The notes beneath the pieces are model-generated. The model had not been told where the DNA came from. It worked only from the letters and a program-made list of their open reading frames with translations, and searched no databases. The position numbers and the translations under genes are program-made. Below are positions 47,932 to 61,074 of a stretch of DNA of 64,000 bases, one piece after another. Within the stretch, counting starts at the first letter, position 1; each line of letters opens with the position of its first letter. The DNA is from Cyanophora paradoxa CCMP329 (taxonomy: Eukaryota > Plantae > Glaucophyta). The stretch lies in assembly GCA_004431415.1 (NCBI GenBank), contig QPMI01000099.1:124001-188000 (forward strand). The letters are read 5' to 3'.

Positions 47932-50900
47932 GAGGAGAGCTTCGAGAGGAGGAGAGCCAGCGCTCTAGCGCCCTACCCCCCTCCCTCCACCCTCTTCCCG
48001 ACCGCATTCTTCTGACCGCCGCGCCCCCCCCGCGCGCACAGGCGACGGCCAACGTGCTGATGATGACCTGCATGAGCACGGACCTCACCGGCGAGCTCCA
48101 GTACCCCTCCTTCCCCCTCCCCCCCGCCCGCCCCAGCCAGCCCCGCCTGGGTGGAGATAAATATCTGTCTGCGGCCCGGATCACCGCCTAGAGCTCGCCT
48201 CCCGCTTGCAGCTAGAAACGCGCCCTCTCTTCCAGCCCCGCCCCGGCCCGCCCCACCGGCGCCCTGCTGAAACCGAGCGGGCCGGCCGCGCACGGGCGCA
48301 CAGCGGAGGGCGCGGGGGGTAGCTTCGGGGGCGTGAGCACGGCGCAGTACAGCGACGAGTTCGGCATCGTGCGTACCCCCTTCCCCCCCCCCCCTGTGCC
48401 CCCTCGTCCCCTCTCCGCCTTGGCCCCTCCGGCCGCCCTCCGCCCCCCGCCCCCAACCAACTCCCGCCCTTGCCCTCCGCCACCTCTGCCCTAGCCTTGA
48501 TCCGACTCCACCTTAACCTCGCTCGATCGCACTATGACTCGGTCCTAGTCTCGCTCTGACTCCGGTCCTCCTCCCCCCCGGCTCGTGATCAGATCACGCT
48601 GACGCTGAGCGACTACGTGAAGGCACCCTTCGCCTTCTGGCGCTTCTACAAGCCCCCCGCCGTGCGCCTCCCCCGCCCCGCCCCGCACCGGCCCTTTTCT
48701 TCGAATTCCTTTCGGCCCGGCCCTAGCCTCGCTGCCCCCCCGCCCTCGCCCCCGGGCCCGCGGCCCCCTGGCTCCGTAACCCCCCCTCCCCCTCCCCTAC
48801 CCCCCTTCCTCCCTCCTCTCCCCTCCCCGCCTTCCCCCCCCCAATCCGTCCCCCCGCCCCCCCCCCCCCCTTCTTTGGCCTTTCCGTCTCCTCCCCTCCT
48901 TCCCTTCTCCCTCCCCTCACCTCCGGATCCCTTCCTACGCCCCGTCCCCACCCGCGCGGCCCCCTAGCCCCATCCAGTTACTCATCCCCCCCTCTGGCCG
49001 CCACGCCGGCCATGGCGCCCGCCGCCGCCTCGTACCCCCGCCCCTCCTCTTCTGAAGCCGCCCCCCGACCCACCCCCCAGATCGCGCGGCTGGACGCGGC
49101 GCTGGCGGCGTGCGCGCGCTACGAGGAGGCGGTGATCGCCGCCCGCCTCGCCCGCCGCCGCGAGGAGGGGGGGCGAGGAGGGGGGGGCCCCGGCGACGTC
49201 CTCGATTACCTCCTCGACAACATGGTGCGGCGGGCCCTGCATCGCCTAGATCTAGAACCAGCCAGCCTTTCTAATTATAACAACCAACGCGTTTTTACCG
49301 CGCCCGCGGGCCGTATGCGCCTCCCAAACGAATGCTCTTCCTTCGACCTATGCATATATACGCATGCTCCCCTCCCTCTCACTGCGCGGCTGACGCGGAT
49401 CCGGGCGGCTCCGCCCGCGCGCTGGCCGGGCGCAGGGCGCGATGGGGGCGACGCTGGAGGACGTGCGCGGCGACATCCGCGACATCATCAGCGCCGGGTG
49501 CGCTATGTTTAGCCCCCCCCCCCCGCCCCGCCCCCGCCCCCCCCTCGGACGTGCCCGGGTCCAGTAGATACTGGCCCTAACCCGCGCCGGGGGCCGCCGA
49601 GGGACCCCTAGCTCTCTCCGGTCCCCACCTCCCCAAGCTATATCTAGCCCGCCCGGGACTCTAGCCCGGGGGACGTTCGATGTCGACCAACCGGTACCTT
49701 CGGATCGGACAGGCACGAGACGACCATGAGCGCGCTCACGTTCTGCATGGCGCTCGTCGCCCGGTACCCCGAGGCGAGCGCTGTACCCCCCCCCCCATTC
49801 TGACCGGATCCGATCCGATCTGAGCCGATCCGATCCCCGCAGACCCAGGATCTGATCGTCGGGGAGCTGGACGCTCAGCTGGCGGGCCGCCCCCCCTCCT
49901 TCGACGACCTCAAGGGTACCCGTTTTCAGGCTGGAGGGGGGTACAGAGCTCTCGGACCTACCCGAGGGTACAGGGCTCGTGGTGCTAGAGGCGGCGATGA
50001 AGGAGACGCTGCGCCTGTACCCACCGACGCACCAGTGCGGCCTGTACCCCCCTCCCTCCCGTTCTTCCCCGCTCACTCCCCCGCAGGCTGGCGCGCGAAG
50101 CTCCGCCGGGGGGTGTCACGCTTGGTGAATACTTCATCCCGGGCGGGGTACGCCCTTTTCCAACTCCTTCCCCCTCCCTCCCCCCCCCCCTCCTTTCCCC
50201 TCTTTGTCCGCTCTTGACTTCGGGGCCGCAGCGTTGGGTCTTCCTGGCTCCCTGGCAGCTGCACCGGATGGAGGAGGTATATATCTAAAATTCATGTCAT
50301 AGATCCGGCTCCTTAATTTTAACTCGTTCCTTTTCTCACGGCAGGTGTTCCCGGAGCCGGAGCGGTTCGACCCGCGGCGCTGGCTCGGGGAGGACGAGCG
50401 CCGCGACCGCGCCTGGGCCGCTTTCGGGTGCGCGTCGATTATATAAGTATTATATAAGTACGAGAACCAAAGATGCCCTTGAAAAACCAAGATGCGTTTG
50501 TTGGTTAGATATAGATAATAAGAACCAAGAACCAAGATAGAACCAATATTAAAGAACCTTATAAATATAAGAACCAAGAAGCTCTTGAACCGCGCCTGGG
50601 CCGCCTTCGGGTGCGCGCCCCAGATCTAGATTCCTTGACTGGTTACTTAATTATAAGAACCAAGAACCAAGATAGAACCTTATAAGAACCAAGATAGAAC
50701 CTTTTAGAACCAAGATATATAGGCCTTCCTGTTCGGATTCCAGGCCCGTTCGGGCCTTCCTGTGTGCCCCTTTTAATGACCCCGACGCTTCCCTGACCTG
50801 TAGTACCTCTCCCCCGCGCGTGCACAGGGGCGGCCCGCGGATGTGCGCGGGGCAGCGCTTCGCGATCACCGAGTTCAAGACCATGCTCGCCCTCGTCCTC

Positions 50901-51757
50901 CAGGTGCGATCCGCCACATATTTATAAGGACACGAACAAGAATAAGGATGAGCTTAAGCGAACAAGATTCACAATAAGAATGAAAATGAGCTCCGCTAGC
51001 TAGTTGATTACACAAGCTTAGCTACGGCTTCTGTCCATAAGCTGAGCTATAGCTTTAAGACCCTGCTCGCCTTGGTCCTCCATGCAGGTTCGCCATAAGA
51101 ATACGCTTCGCCAGCTAGTCAATTACATAAGCTTAGCATGCTATAGCTTCGATTCATAAGCTTAACTATAGCGCTAGCTTCAATACCATGGCTATAGCTA
51201 TGCTCGCTCTCGTCCTCCATGTCCGCTAAAAGAACAAGATTTACAATAAGAATAAGAATAAGCTTCGCTGCCTGCTGGCCGCTCGCTTCTCTAAGACCGG
51301 AAGAGAACCATCGCTCGCCTCGAGATTTTGATTCTGAGTATACTCTGTCCCGCCAGAGGTACGAGGTGCAGGCGGCGGCGCCGGGGACGCCCAACCCCGT
51401 ACCCGTCCTAAGGTGAGACGTTCCTTGCGAAGGAGAAACGTTAAAGTGTCTAAAGTCGCCTCCGGGACCGTCGTTAATTAACTAGGGGTCGCTTCGGCCT
51501 TCTAGCTTATCTATCGTTTAGCTCTTGAACGTTCTTATAATTATCGTCGCCTTCGCAACCCGCGCCCGTCGTTAGCTAGGCGTCGCTTCGGCCTTCTAGA
51601 TTCTCTTTTAGCTCTAGTTCTTAAACAGTTTTATCGTCGCGTTTGTAACGCCTTTAACTTTTAACCCGCGCCCGTCCTCAGCGCCGCAATGCGCCCCGGG
51701 GACGACTGCGGCGTGCGCCTCCGCCGGCGCGCCGCAGGAAAGAAGCAGGGGAACTAG
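46764..51757 (+). CDS. Cytochrome P450, multi-exon
   Basis: N-terminal hydrophobic anchor plus PGPPP..LLGN. I-helix AG|HETT (~49495/49712). K-helix ETLR (~50003). PERF (~50357). Heme motif FG|GGPRMCAG (~50425/50830). Final exon ends ..KKQGN* at 51757. Confidence 0.93.
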
Positions 51758-53530
51758 GTCTCTTGCGGTTGTGTCGCATCTCGGATCGAGGCGTGCACGT
51801 GCTTTCGTTCTGGAAGTGGCGACGTCCCCGGGGCCCCGTTCTCGAGGCGCAGAAAGATGCCGGCACCTCGAGAGGGCTGCGGCGTGACCTGTGATCGTGA
51901 CCGGCCGCTGCCTGGCCTGGCCTGGCCGTCTCCCAGCTTACGCTGGTCCTTCTAGTTTATCGAACCCGCGGCCGCCACAAATATCGACTGGGTTCAAGAA
52001 ACTCGGGTTCAAGAATTTCTCCGTGAATTCGAAATTCCACGTTTTCGCTTTGGTTCCCGTCGACGTCCGCAGTCCTTGTCGCTTTATATAGAATCGCGTG
52101 GGCGGCCCGCTGGCGCTGGCGGCCCAGCTACGAATACCCATCCATCGTTGTATTGTTGTGGCTGTAGGTAGTACTAGTATTAATTACATATTACTCGCTA
52201 TGTACCAGGAAGAAGTCGGGAAATCTGAAAACGGCACGATCGCGAACGCAAACTCCACCTCTCGCTTTCCCTCCGAATACGACTGTGCGCCTGCGCTTTC
52301 GCTACCGTTCTGCAAGCAATTAAATATCGCAGCAAGCCTTCGTCCAATAAATTCGAGGGGTTAGACTGATTGATTAAATAGCTCTCGCAGCAATTGATTA
52401 GATTTTCGCGATATATATCAATCGACGTCATACAATTGCAAGCAGAACTTCGAATTCGAAGCCAGCGTAGGCGGCGTCGGTCTGCTGGACAAGGACAGGA
52501 AGCTCTAGATCTAGCTTGGCGACGGCGGCGGCGGCGGCCGGGCCACCGACTGGTCGGGCGCGGGGGCGGGCGTGGGGGCGGGAGCCTCCGGCGCCGGCGC
52601 CAGCTTCTCGGCCTTACTAAGTTACGAGAGTACCACGGTAAAATGAAAGGCGGAGGCCGCGCGCTTGCGGGAGCGGGCGGTGATCTTGCGGGAGGTATAG
52701 GTACGCGGATCATGAGGTGCCGCGTCAGCGGGCGTGGGCGGAGTGGCCGCCGCGCCGGGGTAGAGCGGTTCTCGGCGAGAGAGGGCGGGGGGGGGGATGC
52801 TGCCCAGCACGACACATCGTTAAATTTCAATTGCAAAGCATGGACATGGTGTGAAATTATTCTTAAACTACATGGAAAAATCTCAAGCAAAGACAGCGGC
52901 TAAAGCCACTTCGAGACTTCCTAGGTACCTAGCAAACAGGTCACGATCACAGTGTACATTTATGCGCCGATTGCACGATTGCGATTAGTTTTCGATCGCG
53001 AATCGTAGCACTAGTACCCTAAAACAACTCTTCATCTGCAATCACGCTATATATAATCAATTGCGAAATATATATATACATGTACATATACAGGCTTGCC
53101 ATCATGGCATGGTCAAGAAAAGCAGAGGCAAGATCGAGTACTGACATGTACATCAGTATGCATGGCTTTTTACTCGAGAAAAGAGAAACGTAGTCAACGG
53201 GACTCCTGCTGAATGCTTTATAATTAGCAGTCGTTGCGGGAGGCGTGGACGTGATAAGAAACAGAGCGAGTTTCGCACATTTCGATCTTGCAACTGAAGT
53301 ACGGAGAAGGAAGTCGGCCGCGTCGGTACCGGTGTCGATAGTGCCATAGAGTCGCCTGATATCGATCTGCGTTTCGGCGAATATTAATTGAAGTTGAAGT
53401 TACAGCGACTCGGCAGGTGTGAAAAAGACAAGCGGTTGGAGCCCGGCATCTTGAGACGGACCTCAAGCTTGAGATTGATCGCGGCCGGTCACAAAAACTG
53501 GGGGCCTTGGAGACTGGGGCAGCGGCGCGA

Positions 53531-54412
53531 TCAGCTTTGGGGCGACTCGATCTCGAATGTGTGGCGTCGCGCGGCCGCACCGGAGAGTTTTCTATCGGGT
53601 TCAATCGACCTGAGGAATTCTGAACGTGAACTGACTGTAGGGCCGTCAGCTTCGCACTTGAACGCATGCGCATGCGCTCTGCGAGAAAATTTCAAGATTT
53701 GCGTGTGCGCACCGATTGCAAGGCCTTCACTGCAGTCTCGAATGTCTGAGACCGAGCTCGGGCTGTTGCTTGCGAGGAGCCTCGGGCTTCGCATGCCTTG
53801 GCGAGACTGCGGTCTGGATCCTGAGCTGCCCAACAACAACGCGCCGCCGCGGTTCGTTGGAAACCCATGATCAGCTACGAAGTCTCCTTCGTCGTCAGAT
53901 TCGAATTCGCCATCGATTTCAGCCGCCGGCGACATAAATTCGCAGACGGATAGGCAGCGACAGGCCGATCGCGATCGCGAGCGGCAAGCGGCTGCAGCTG
54001 GCTCCCTCGGAGGCAAGCCGGTGCTCGTGGCTGATGTCCCGCGGCCGGCGACCGGAGAATTGGAGTCCCGATCCGCCAGGGCGGCCATAAGCCCATGCCG
54101 AAAGCCCGCACCGGAGGGGACTTGATCGGCGTCGTGTGGGCTGCAGCTGGCACTGAAGTCGATGCGCATGCCAGCGGAGCCGCTGCGATGCTCGCAATCG
54201 CGGCCAGCGCTAGCTCTGGTGGCCTCGCAATCGGGCGGCACGAGAACTGCAGTGGCTGCGGCCGCGGCGGCCTCCTGAAGGAATGCGGCAAATTCGCGGT
54301 CAATTGCAACTGCAACTGGTCTCAGATTCTCGATCGGTGCCGGGGAGAGCTCGAGGGGGGCGGCGCGGCCGCCGAGGCCGAGGCGTGTTCTCAAAGGTTG
54401 GGACGAAGCCAT
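53531..54412 (-). CDS. Hypothetical protein (possible exon or ORF)
   Basis: 293-aa ATG-initiated ORF with Ala runs and an acidic patch (EIDGEFESDDEGDF); no recognisable domain. Confidence 0.3.
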   Translation of the reverse strand: MASSQPLRTRLGLGGRAAPLELSPAPIENLRPVAVAIDREFAAFLQEAAAAAATAVLVPPDCEATRASAGRDCEHRSGSAGMRIDFSASCSPHDADQVPSGAGFRHGLMAALADRDSNSPVAGRGTSATSTGLPPREPAAAACRSRSRSACRCLSVCEFMSPAAEIDGEFESDDEGDFVADHGFPTNRGGALLLGSSGSRPQSRQGMRSPRLLASNSPSSVSDIRDCSEGLAIGAHTQILKFSRRAHAHAFKCEADGPTVSSRSEFLRSIEPDRKLSGAAARRHTFEIESPQS

Positions 54413-56029
54413 TTATGTGTGTATATATATCATATGATACATCCGAAGCGCCGACAGACTTCGATAAAGCAGGCAGCCAGCAGCCTGCAGCTGGCAGCAG
54501 TATCCGCTGGGCCGGGCTGGGCCGCTGGGGTCTTCGATCGCAAGCCTTGAAGCCAAGTTGAAGGCCAACGTTAACGTTACTAAGCTAACCGTTGAACGTA
54601 AAGACGACACGGCGTCGCAAGCCTTGAAGGCCAACGTTAACGCTACTAAGCTAACGTATACGTAAAGACGACACGGCGACCGGGTCGACCCGGGTCGGCC
54701 CGGCGGCCCGGCCCGGTTCACGATCCTACCGGCGGCGGGAGCCTGGGCCCTGGAGGCGACCGTCGGACGGCCCGACGGGAGGCGTCGGGACTCCGGGACT
54801 CGGCCCACTCGGGAGTCGGGACTGGGGAGCTAGCGCTCGCGTCCGCCGGCCCGGCGCCGGGCCGACTGTCCGACGGTCCGAGGGTCGGACGGTCGTCTCG
54901 CGAGTCGCGACTCGCGAGTCGGGAGTCGCGAGTCGCGACTCTGACTCTACTGTACTATAACTGTAGAACTAGTTAATTTAGTACAGATACTACAGGAAAA
55001 TAATTAGTACTTCGCCAAAAATGCCACTTTAGCAGCTGGTAAAACTTTAGTAGGTCAGTCTTGACTCTTGAGTGTTGACTCTTGACAGGGCCTTTGTATG
55101 GGGGAGACGGGCCGGGACTACCCCTACAAATTCTCGGCTTTAGCAGGCGGGAAATATTTAGTAGATCGCCCAAAAACGTTTAGTACTATAGATATTCAGC
55201 CCACTAAATATTCAAAAAATGATTTCCGGGATCCAGCTCTCCACGTGCACTGAGTCTCCAGTAGTCTCTGTGACTCTCTGAGTCGCGATCGCGAGCCTCG
55301 GAGTCGCGATCGCAAGCTTAAGCTTGATCATGAAGCATGATCATTGATCAGTCACATGACTCACTGTCACTCACATCATCAGTGATCACTGATCATGATC
55401 TGGAAACAAACTTGAAAAAACAATCGCGAGGCCCCAAGGGGGCTTGAACTTCGGAAGGGGCGCGCTGGCGTGCTACTAGTACCCGGTACCGTACCAGAAC
55501 CGTTGAACTTCGGAGCTTGAATCGGAAGACGGTCGGCGATTCGACGGCGAACAGTCCCGCGAACTTCCGAAGTTCGCCGGCCGGCGCGCGCGCGCGCCGG
55601 CGCCGAGTCGGATGATTCGGATCAAACTTCGAATTCGGAACGGCTTGCAGGGTAGTAGACTACTAGTAGTCTGAGGGTACTAGTAGCTGAAGATTCATGA
55701 TTGCTGGGAAATTTCATCAAGCGTTTTTTTGGGCCACTCAAGGCCGGGTGGCCCGGGCCCCGGGGCCGGCCCCGCCGGCGCCGGCTCGGGGCGGGCCTTG
55801 ACTCCGGCCCTTGACTCGGGCCTTGAGTCGGGGCCCGGGGGGCCCTCGCGATCGGCTCGGGGCCTTAAGCTTCAAGTTTAAGGCTTCAAGCCTTCAACTA
55901 GGTAGGCAGCTGACAAGGCTTGACTCCCGGCGGGAGGGGGCCGCCCGCGGCCGGCCCGCCCGGGACTCCGGGACTCGGGCCAGTCTCGGGGCCGCGGCGC
56001 CGGCCGGCCCCGGGAAGTCATGCTACATA

Positions 56030-57830
56030 GTAGATTAACCCATGTTCCCCTTGGAAGAAAATTCCGTTTAGTATACGTACTACGGCAGACTCAAACTGCC
56101 AGCATTGAGAGCGGTGCGAACAGTCAAAGTCACTGACTGGACTGTGCTCCATGGGTGGTCCAGCCTGGGCTGCCAACAGTCGTGCCAGCATGTTTGGTAA
56201 GTGGGGAACTTGTGAATCGCAGGCCAGTGGTTGAGTTGTCGCTCTCATTGGTATACTCAATTCGATATGCACTTGAAGGCTGCCAGTGCTGCCTTGACTC
56301 ACTGTGGTCACTGAGACAGGCTCCACATGAGAAGGAAAAGTCACTGAGTGATGTATGACTCTGTGACTTCTTAAAAAAAGTAGCGGCAGCCGCTGCCCTT
56401 GCCAGTGAGCTTGGAAGTATGAAGTGGGAAGATCTGCCACAGAGTGGAGTTTTGTGGCTGAAATTGGGTATCCGGCAGTTCTGTCAATGGAAAGTCCCTT
56501 TTTTTCCTTTTTTCTTCCTGAAGTGCTGTGGTGCACTTGATTGCTCAGTGCCGATTCAGAACCGGTTCGATTCTTGGCAAACAATAAATAATACATTAAA
56601 CATCTTGGCATGTACAACAAAAAGAAAAGCATATGTTCCACAATGTACAAACAACAAAACAAGACAAAAAACAAAAAAACACAACACTAACACAACGTTC
56701 ACACATTCACAACAAACAAAACAGAAACTTGCCAAATTGAAATTGAAGAGATTGTACTTGCATTGTTTGTTTAACATCTAGATCAGTACTAGTGGCATCT
56801 AGATCTTTACATTGATCATGATGCATGCATTATTCATCATGGCATCATTGCATGCATAAAATATTGTTGCGTGTTACATGCATGAAATGAAATGATCAAT
56901 GATTGACTTGTTCATGATCAATTCTTCTACAACCTTGCCAGGTTGTTTTTGCCAAGTTGTCAATTGAAGTGTTCAATTCTTAAGCTTCTTGCAATTGTTC
57001 ATGATCAGTGCCGCAATGTGTTGCCAGGCTAGATAGCTGGCAAGGTGGTGTATTGGGGGTACAGGCAGACTGAGGTACAGGGGTACAAAGCTACAGGGAC
57101 TTCGACAGTATATCACTGCTGCAATACATGTTAACGTTCAAGCTTCTTGCCCACTTTCCTGCTAAGGATTGCCCTTGCTTTGCCAGCCATGGCCAGTATT
57201 TAACACCAAAACTCGATGTTCGATGACAGATCTAGAACATAAATGATCAAAACTTTGAAATACGTATACATTGCATGTGCTTCTTTTGTATTGTTTTGTG
57301 ATCACTTCATTGTTTCTGGATCTGTTCTGAAATGCTCTCTTCTTCAGTGCTTCAGCTTCATTTTCGTTCTTTGTAATACGATTGATCATGAACCACAAGA
57401 GATTCATGTGTGCAATTTCAAACTTCTTGCAATTGTTCAGTGCTTTAGCTCTTCTTCTCATCTTCCTGGCTAAAGCTATAGCTATAGCTAAGAATATCAA
57501 ATCGCCCTTTAATTTCTTTGCCAGCCAAGAATTAAACACCAATTGCAAAGCACTGTGTTTCATGACAAACCATAAATGATGAAGCCTCGCTTTGGACTAC
57601 ATTGCATCTCGTGCATTGTTTCCAGATTACATGATCAGTGTTTAATTTCTACATCTTCCATGCACTCACATCTGTGTTCTTTATGTTCAGTGCTTCAGCT
57701 TCTTCTGTTCTGTCTTTACAACTTTAGTACTTCATTCTCATTCTTTGTTCAATTAATAAGTAGTAGTAGTAGAAGTAGTACGTAGAAGAAGAAGAATAGA
57801 CCACAAGAAATCAAAGACTCCTAAATAACA
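56030..57830. other. AT-rich, CpG-depleted island (probable decayed repeat or transposon)
   Basis: Abrupt compositional change. I count a single CG in 56761-57000, with abundant TG/CA. Degenerate coiled-coil-like repeats (EAEAL) on the minus strand. Confidence 0.6.
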
Positions 57831-58506
57831 CTGGGGGGTGCGGGGGGCGGAGCCCCCTGCTTGTGATCAAGGGCCTCAACTGGCCCTCAAGCCTCAAGGC
57901 CCGGCGGCCCTCACTGAGTCAAGCTGGGGCCGCAAGTTTGGCCCCGCGGGCCCGCCCCACCCCCTCCCCTTCCCCCCCCCCCCCCCCCCCCCTCCCCCGC
58001 CTCGGGCTCCGGCGCCGGCCGGGCCGCAGGCCCGCAGCCGGCCGCCCCCGGGACGGCCGAGCTCGAGCCCGGCGCCGGCGCCGCCGCGCGGCCCGCGACT
58101 CTGCGAGGCTGCGAGGCGCCGCGCGGGCGGCCGCGGGCCGGGGCAGGCCTAGCTAGGCCTCGATCAGGTGTTACGGCAGGGTGATTCCTAGCCAAATCCG
58201 GCGCCGAGCTACTCTGAGACGTTCCGGCTACGTGACACAGGATGGAGTCCAAGGGCCCCCGGACCCCAGGCCCCCCAGCTGCAGGTGCTAGGAAGGAAGC
58301 CTAGGACCCATGGACAGCGGGTCGCGGCGCCCCCCTCCGGGCCGCGCGCGGGGGCCGTGCCGGCTTCTCCAATCTGCCGCGCTGTCGACGTCCAGCTGCA
58401 GAGGCGCCGCGGCACACCTTAGCTCATAGAGGAGTACGCAGACCGTCCACCCAAGTGCCGTGATCGCTGTATATATCTATCTCAGAGTCTACTATAGCTA
58501 GGCCAT

Positions 58507-60896
58507 CTACAGCGACACGGGCCCCCGCCCCTTCATCCGCCCCGCCTCTAAGTTCGCCATCGCCAGCGCCTTCCGCTTCATCGCGTCGACAACCTCCGCG
58601 TCCAGCTGCTCCTGAGGGGCGGAAAGGGCGGGGCGGGGGGGGGTACAGAGGGTCAGGCAGGGGGTACGGATGGACGGGTGGGGTACAGGTGGCGGGGGTT
58701 TCGGGGTACCGGGATCCGATCGTAGACGGCCAGAATGCGCTCCGGGTCCCCGTGCATGATCTGAAAGGGGGGGGGTAGCGGATATTAGCGGGGGAGGGGG
58801 GGAGGCGGTGGGGGTGCGGGATCCGGCAAGGGGGTACACCTCTCGCGCGAGCTCCTGGATGAGCTTGTCCTGGTCAAAGGCCTTCAGCAGCCGCTTCTGC
58901 TCGTCCCTGCGAACGAAGAGACGCTCGCGGCCGATGCGAACGGAGGGGGGGGAAGGGAGCGGGGGGTACGCACATGTGCGCCTTTTGCTTCTCCAAAGCC
59001 ACTGCGTTCGCAGTGCGGTCGTCCGCCGCCTCTTTCCGCGCACGAAGCGCCGCCTGCGCCGAAAGTTGGCGGGACGGAGCAGCGGAAAGGGGGAGGGAGG
59101 GGGAAGGGGCCTGCCTGACTGAGGGCGGGGCCGGCGGGGCCGGCGGCGGGGCCGCCGCGGGGCGAGGCGCTCCCTTCGACGGATCGCCGGCGGGGCTTTG
59201 CTGCGGGTCCAGACGATACAGAGCGCCGCCGCTGCGCCGAAAGCTGATGAGGGGGTGCGCGTGTGGGGGAGCTGGGTGCGGGGCGCACCGGGGGCGCGGG
59301 CCGGACGGCGGAGGCGGGGGGTAGGCCGTCCTCGCCGGGTTGCATCGCATTCGGATTCGAGTCCACTGTACCCATCTAAAGGCGGCTTGCGATCGGGGAA
59401 AGGAACGGGGTGGAAAGAGGGGGAGGGGGGGGGGAGGGGGCGGAAAGGGCGGAGGGGAGGGCGCACCGCTTTGGGCACAGGGGGTACGTAGCCGCGGCTC
59501 TTTCGCGCTTTCTCGTACGCCTCTGCGCGGGAGGGTACCTGCGGCGCCGCGGCCGTCGCCTCCGCCTCCCGCCGCGAGCTGGTACCCCCCTCAGATCAAA
59601 AATAGATACTCGGCGGAGGGGGGGTACGCGCCTGGTCAGGTTCTGGTTTTGTTTTTCTTCTATGGGCTGCCCCGGCGGCCTCCTGAGGACGACGCGGGGC
59701 GAGACCAGGCCCTCGTTCGTCTGCAGGGGGGCGTCGGGGGGTACAGAGAGGGGGGCCGGGGGGTGGGGTGGGGGGGGGGGTGGGGGTTAGGCGTGCGCGC
59801 ACCCGGACGCCGAGGATCGGGGGCGCGGGGGGGGGCTCCCGCCTCTTGATCAGCTCCGGCTGGCTGTGGGGGGGTACCGGGGCCGGCCTCCGGACTGTGT
59901 TCGCCAGCACTGCGCGACGGCGCGTCGGCTCGTGGCGCGAGACGGGCCGAAGAAGCATCCCTCTAAGAAGAAGCCGCCGCTGCCGTTATCGCCTCTTCTT
60001 CCGTCTAAGATCGCTAAGATACGCACCGGCGGGCCTGACGACGCCGCCCGAGGCCGGGCGCCGCGGGGAGTCGCGAATGCGCTTCCCGTACTCTCGCTCC
60101 AGCGCCAGCGCCTGCGGCGAACCCACGCGTGGTCAAGCAAGGCACGAGTGGCAGGTGCGCGCGCGGCCCGCTCGCTTGCGGCGGCGGAGCGGGGGGCGCG
60201 GGCGGCAAAGGCAGGGCTGGCTGCGTCTCACCTGGCTCGCGGCGTCCATCATAGTGCTGATCGCGCTCGGCAGACGCTGTTCCGCCTCCGGCCTGCTCTT
60301 AGCCATCCACGTGTAGTCCGCCGGCGGCCGCGGCGCGTTCATGCGCTGCGCGGGCGCGGCGCGGTCGGCGGGCGGTGTGCGGTGCAGCGGTGGCGGGGCG
60401 ACGGGGCGCCGCCGCGCGGAACCGCACCTGCAGCGCCTTCAGCTGCTTCTCGTAGAGATCCTTCTCGTATATTTGCGTGTAGGCCATCATCCTCTGTGGG
60501 CGGCGAGTGCAGGTTAGCGACGAGAAGCGGGGACGGGCGCAAGCCGCCCCGCCTGCGGGGCGAAGTCCTCCCATCCCTTAGCTAAGCAAACAAGGCGCTG
60601 CGTCCGCCGGAGACGAGCGCAGGGACTAGCAGCGACGACAGCTGGCGCCTTCGCCTTGAGAGCCGTCGCTGTTGCGCCCCTGACCGCACGCTAACAGCAG
60701 AACTTTCACCGCATGCGCCTTAGACGCTCCGGGCTTCTAGGGAGCAATCCCGGCGAGGCTCGCCGAAACGGCCGCGCGCGAGGCGGGCGGCGCGCCCACG
60801 TCCGCCAGAATCGAAGAGTGTGGCTGCTGGTCGCACCTGCATGTCGGTGAGGCTCATCGCCTCGGGCTGGCCCGGCGCCGGCTTGGGGTCCGCCAT
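58507..60896 (-). CDS. Hypothetical protein, multi-exon
   Basis: In-phase GT-AG exons: MADPKPAPGQPEAMSLTDMQ | RMMAYTQIYEKDLYEKQLKALQ | RMNAPRPPADYTW.. | ALALEREYGKR.. ... RDEQKRLLKAFDQDKLIQELARE | .. | EQLDAEVVDAMKRKALAMANLEAGRMKGRGPVSL*. Confidence 0.7.
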
Positions 60897-60914
60897 TTTG
60901 CTGTACCGGGTGGT

Positions 60915-60949
<35 letters not shown>

Positions 60950-61074
60950 AGAACTCCAGCCAGCGCGCACGTGCACGCGCCGCGTCGCCGCCAGATGAGA
61001 GCGCTATGCGCTAGCCTTCTTGCTCTCTGCGTCTTCTCGATTTCGCAAGTTCAATACAGCCCAGCGCGCTGCTC

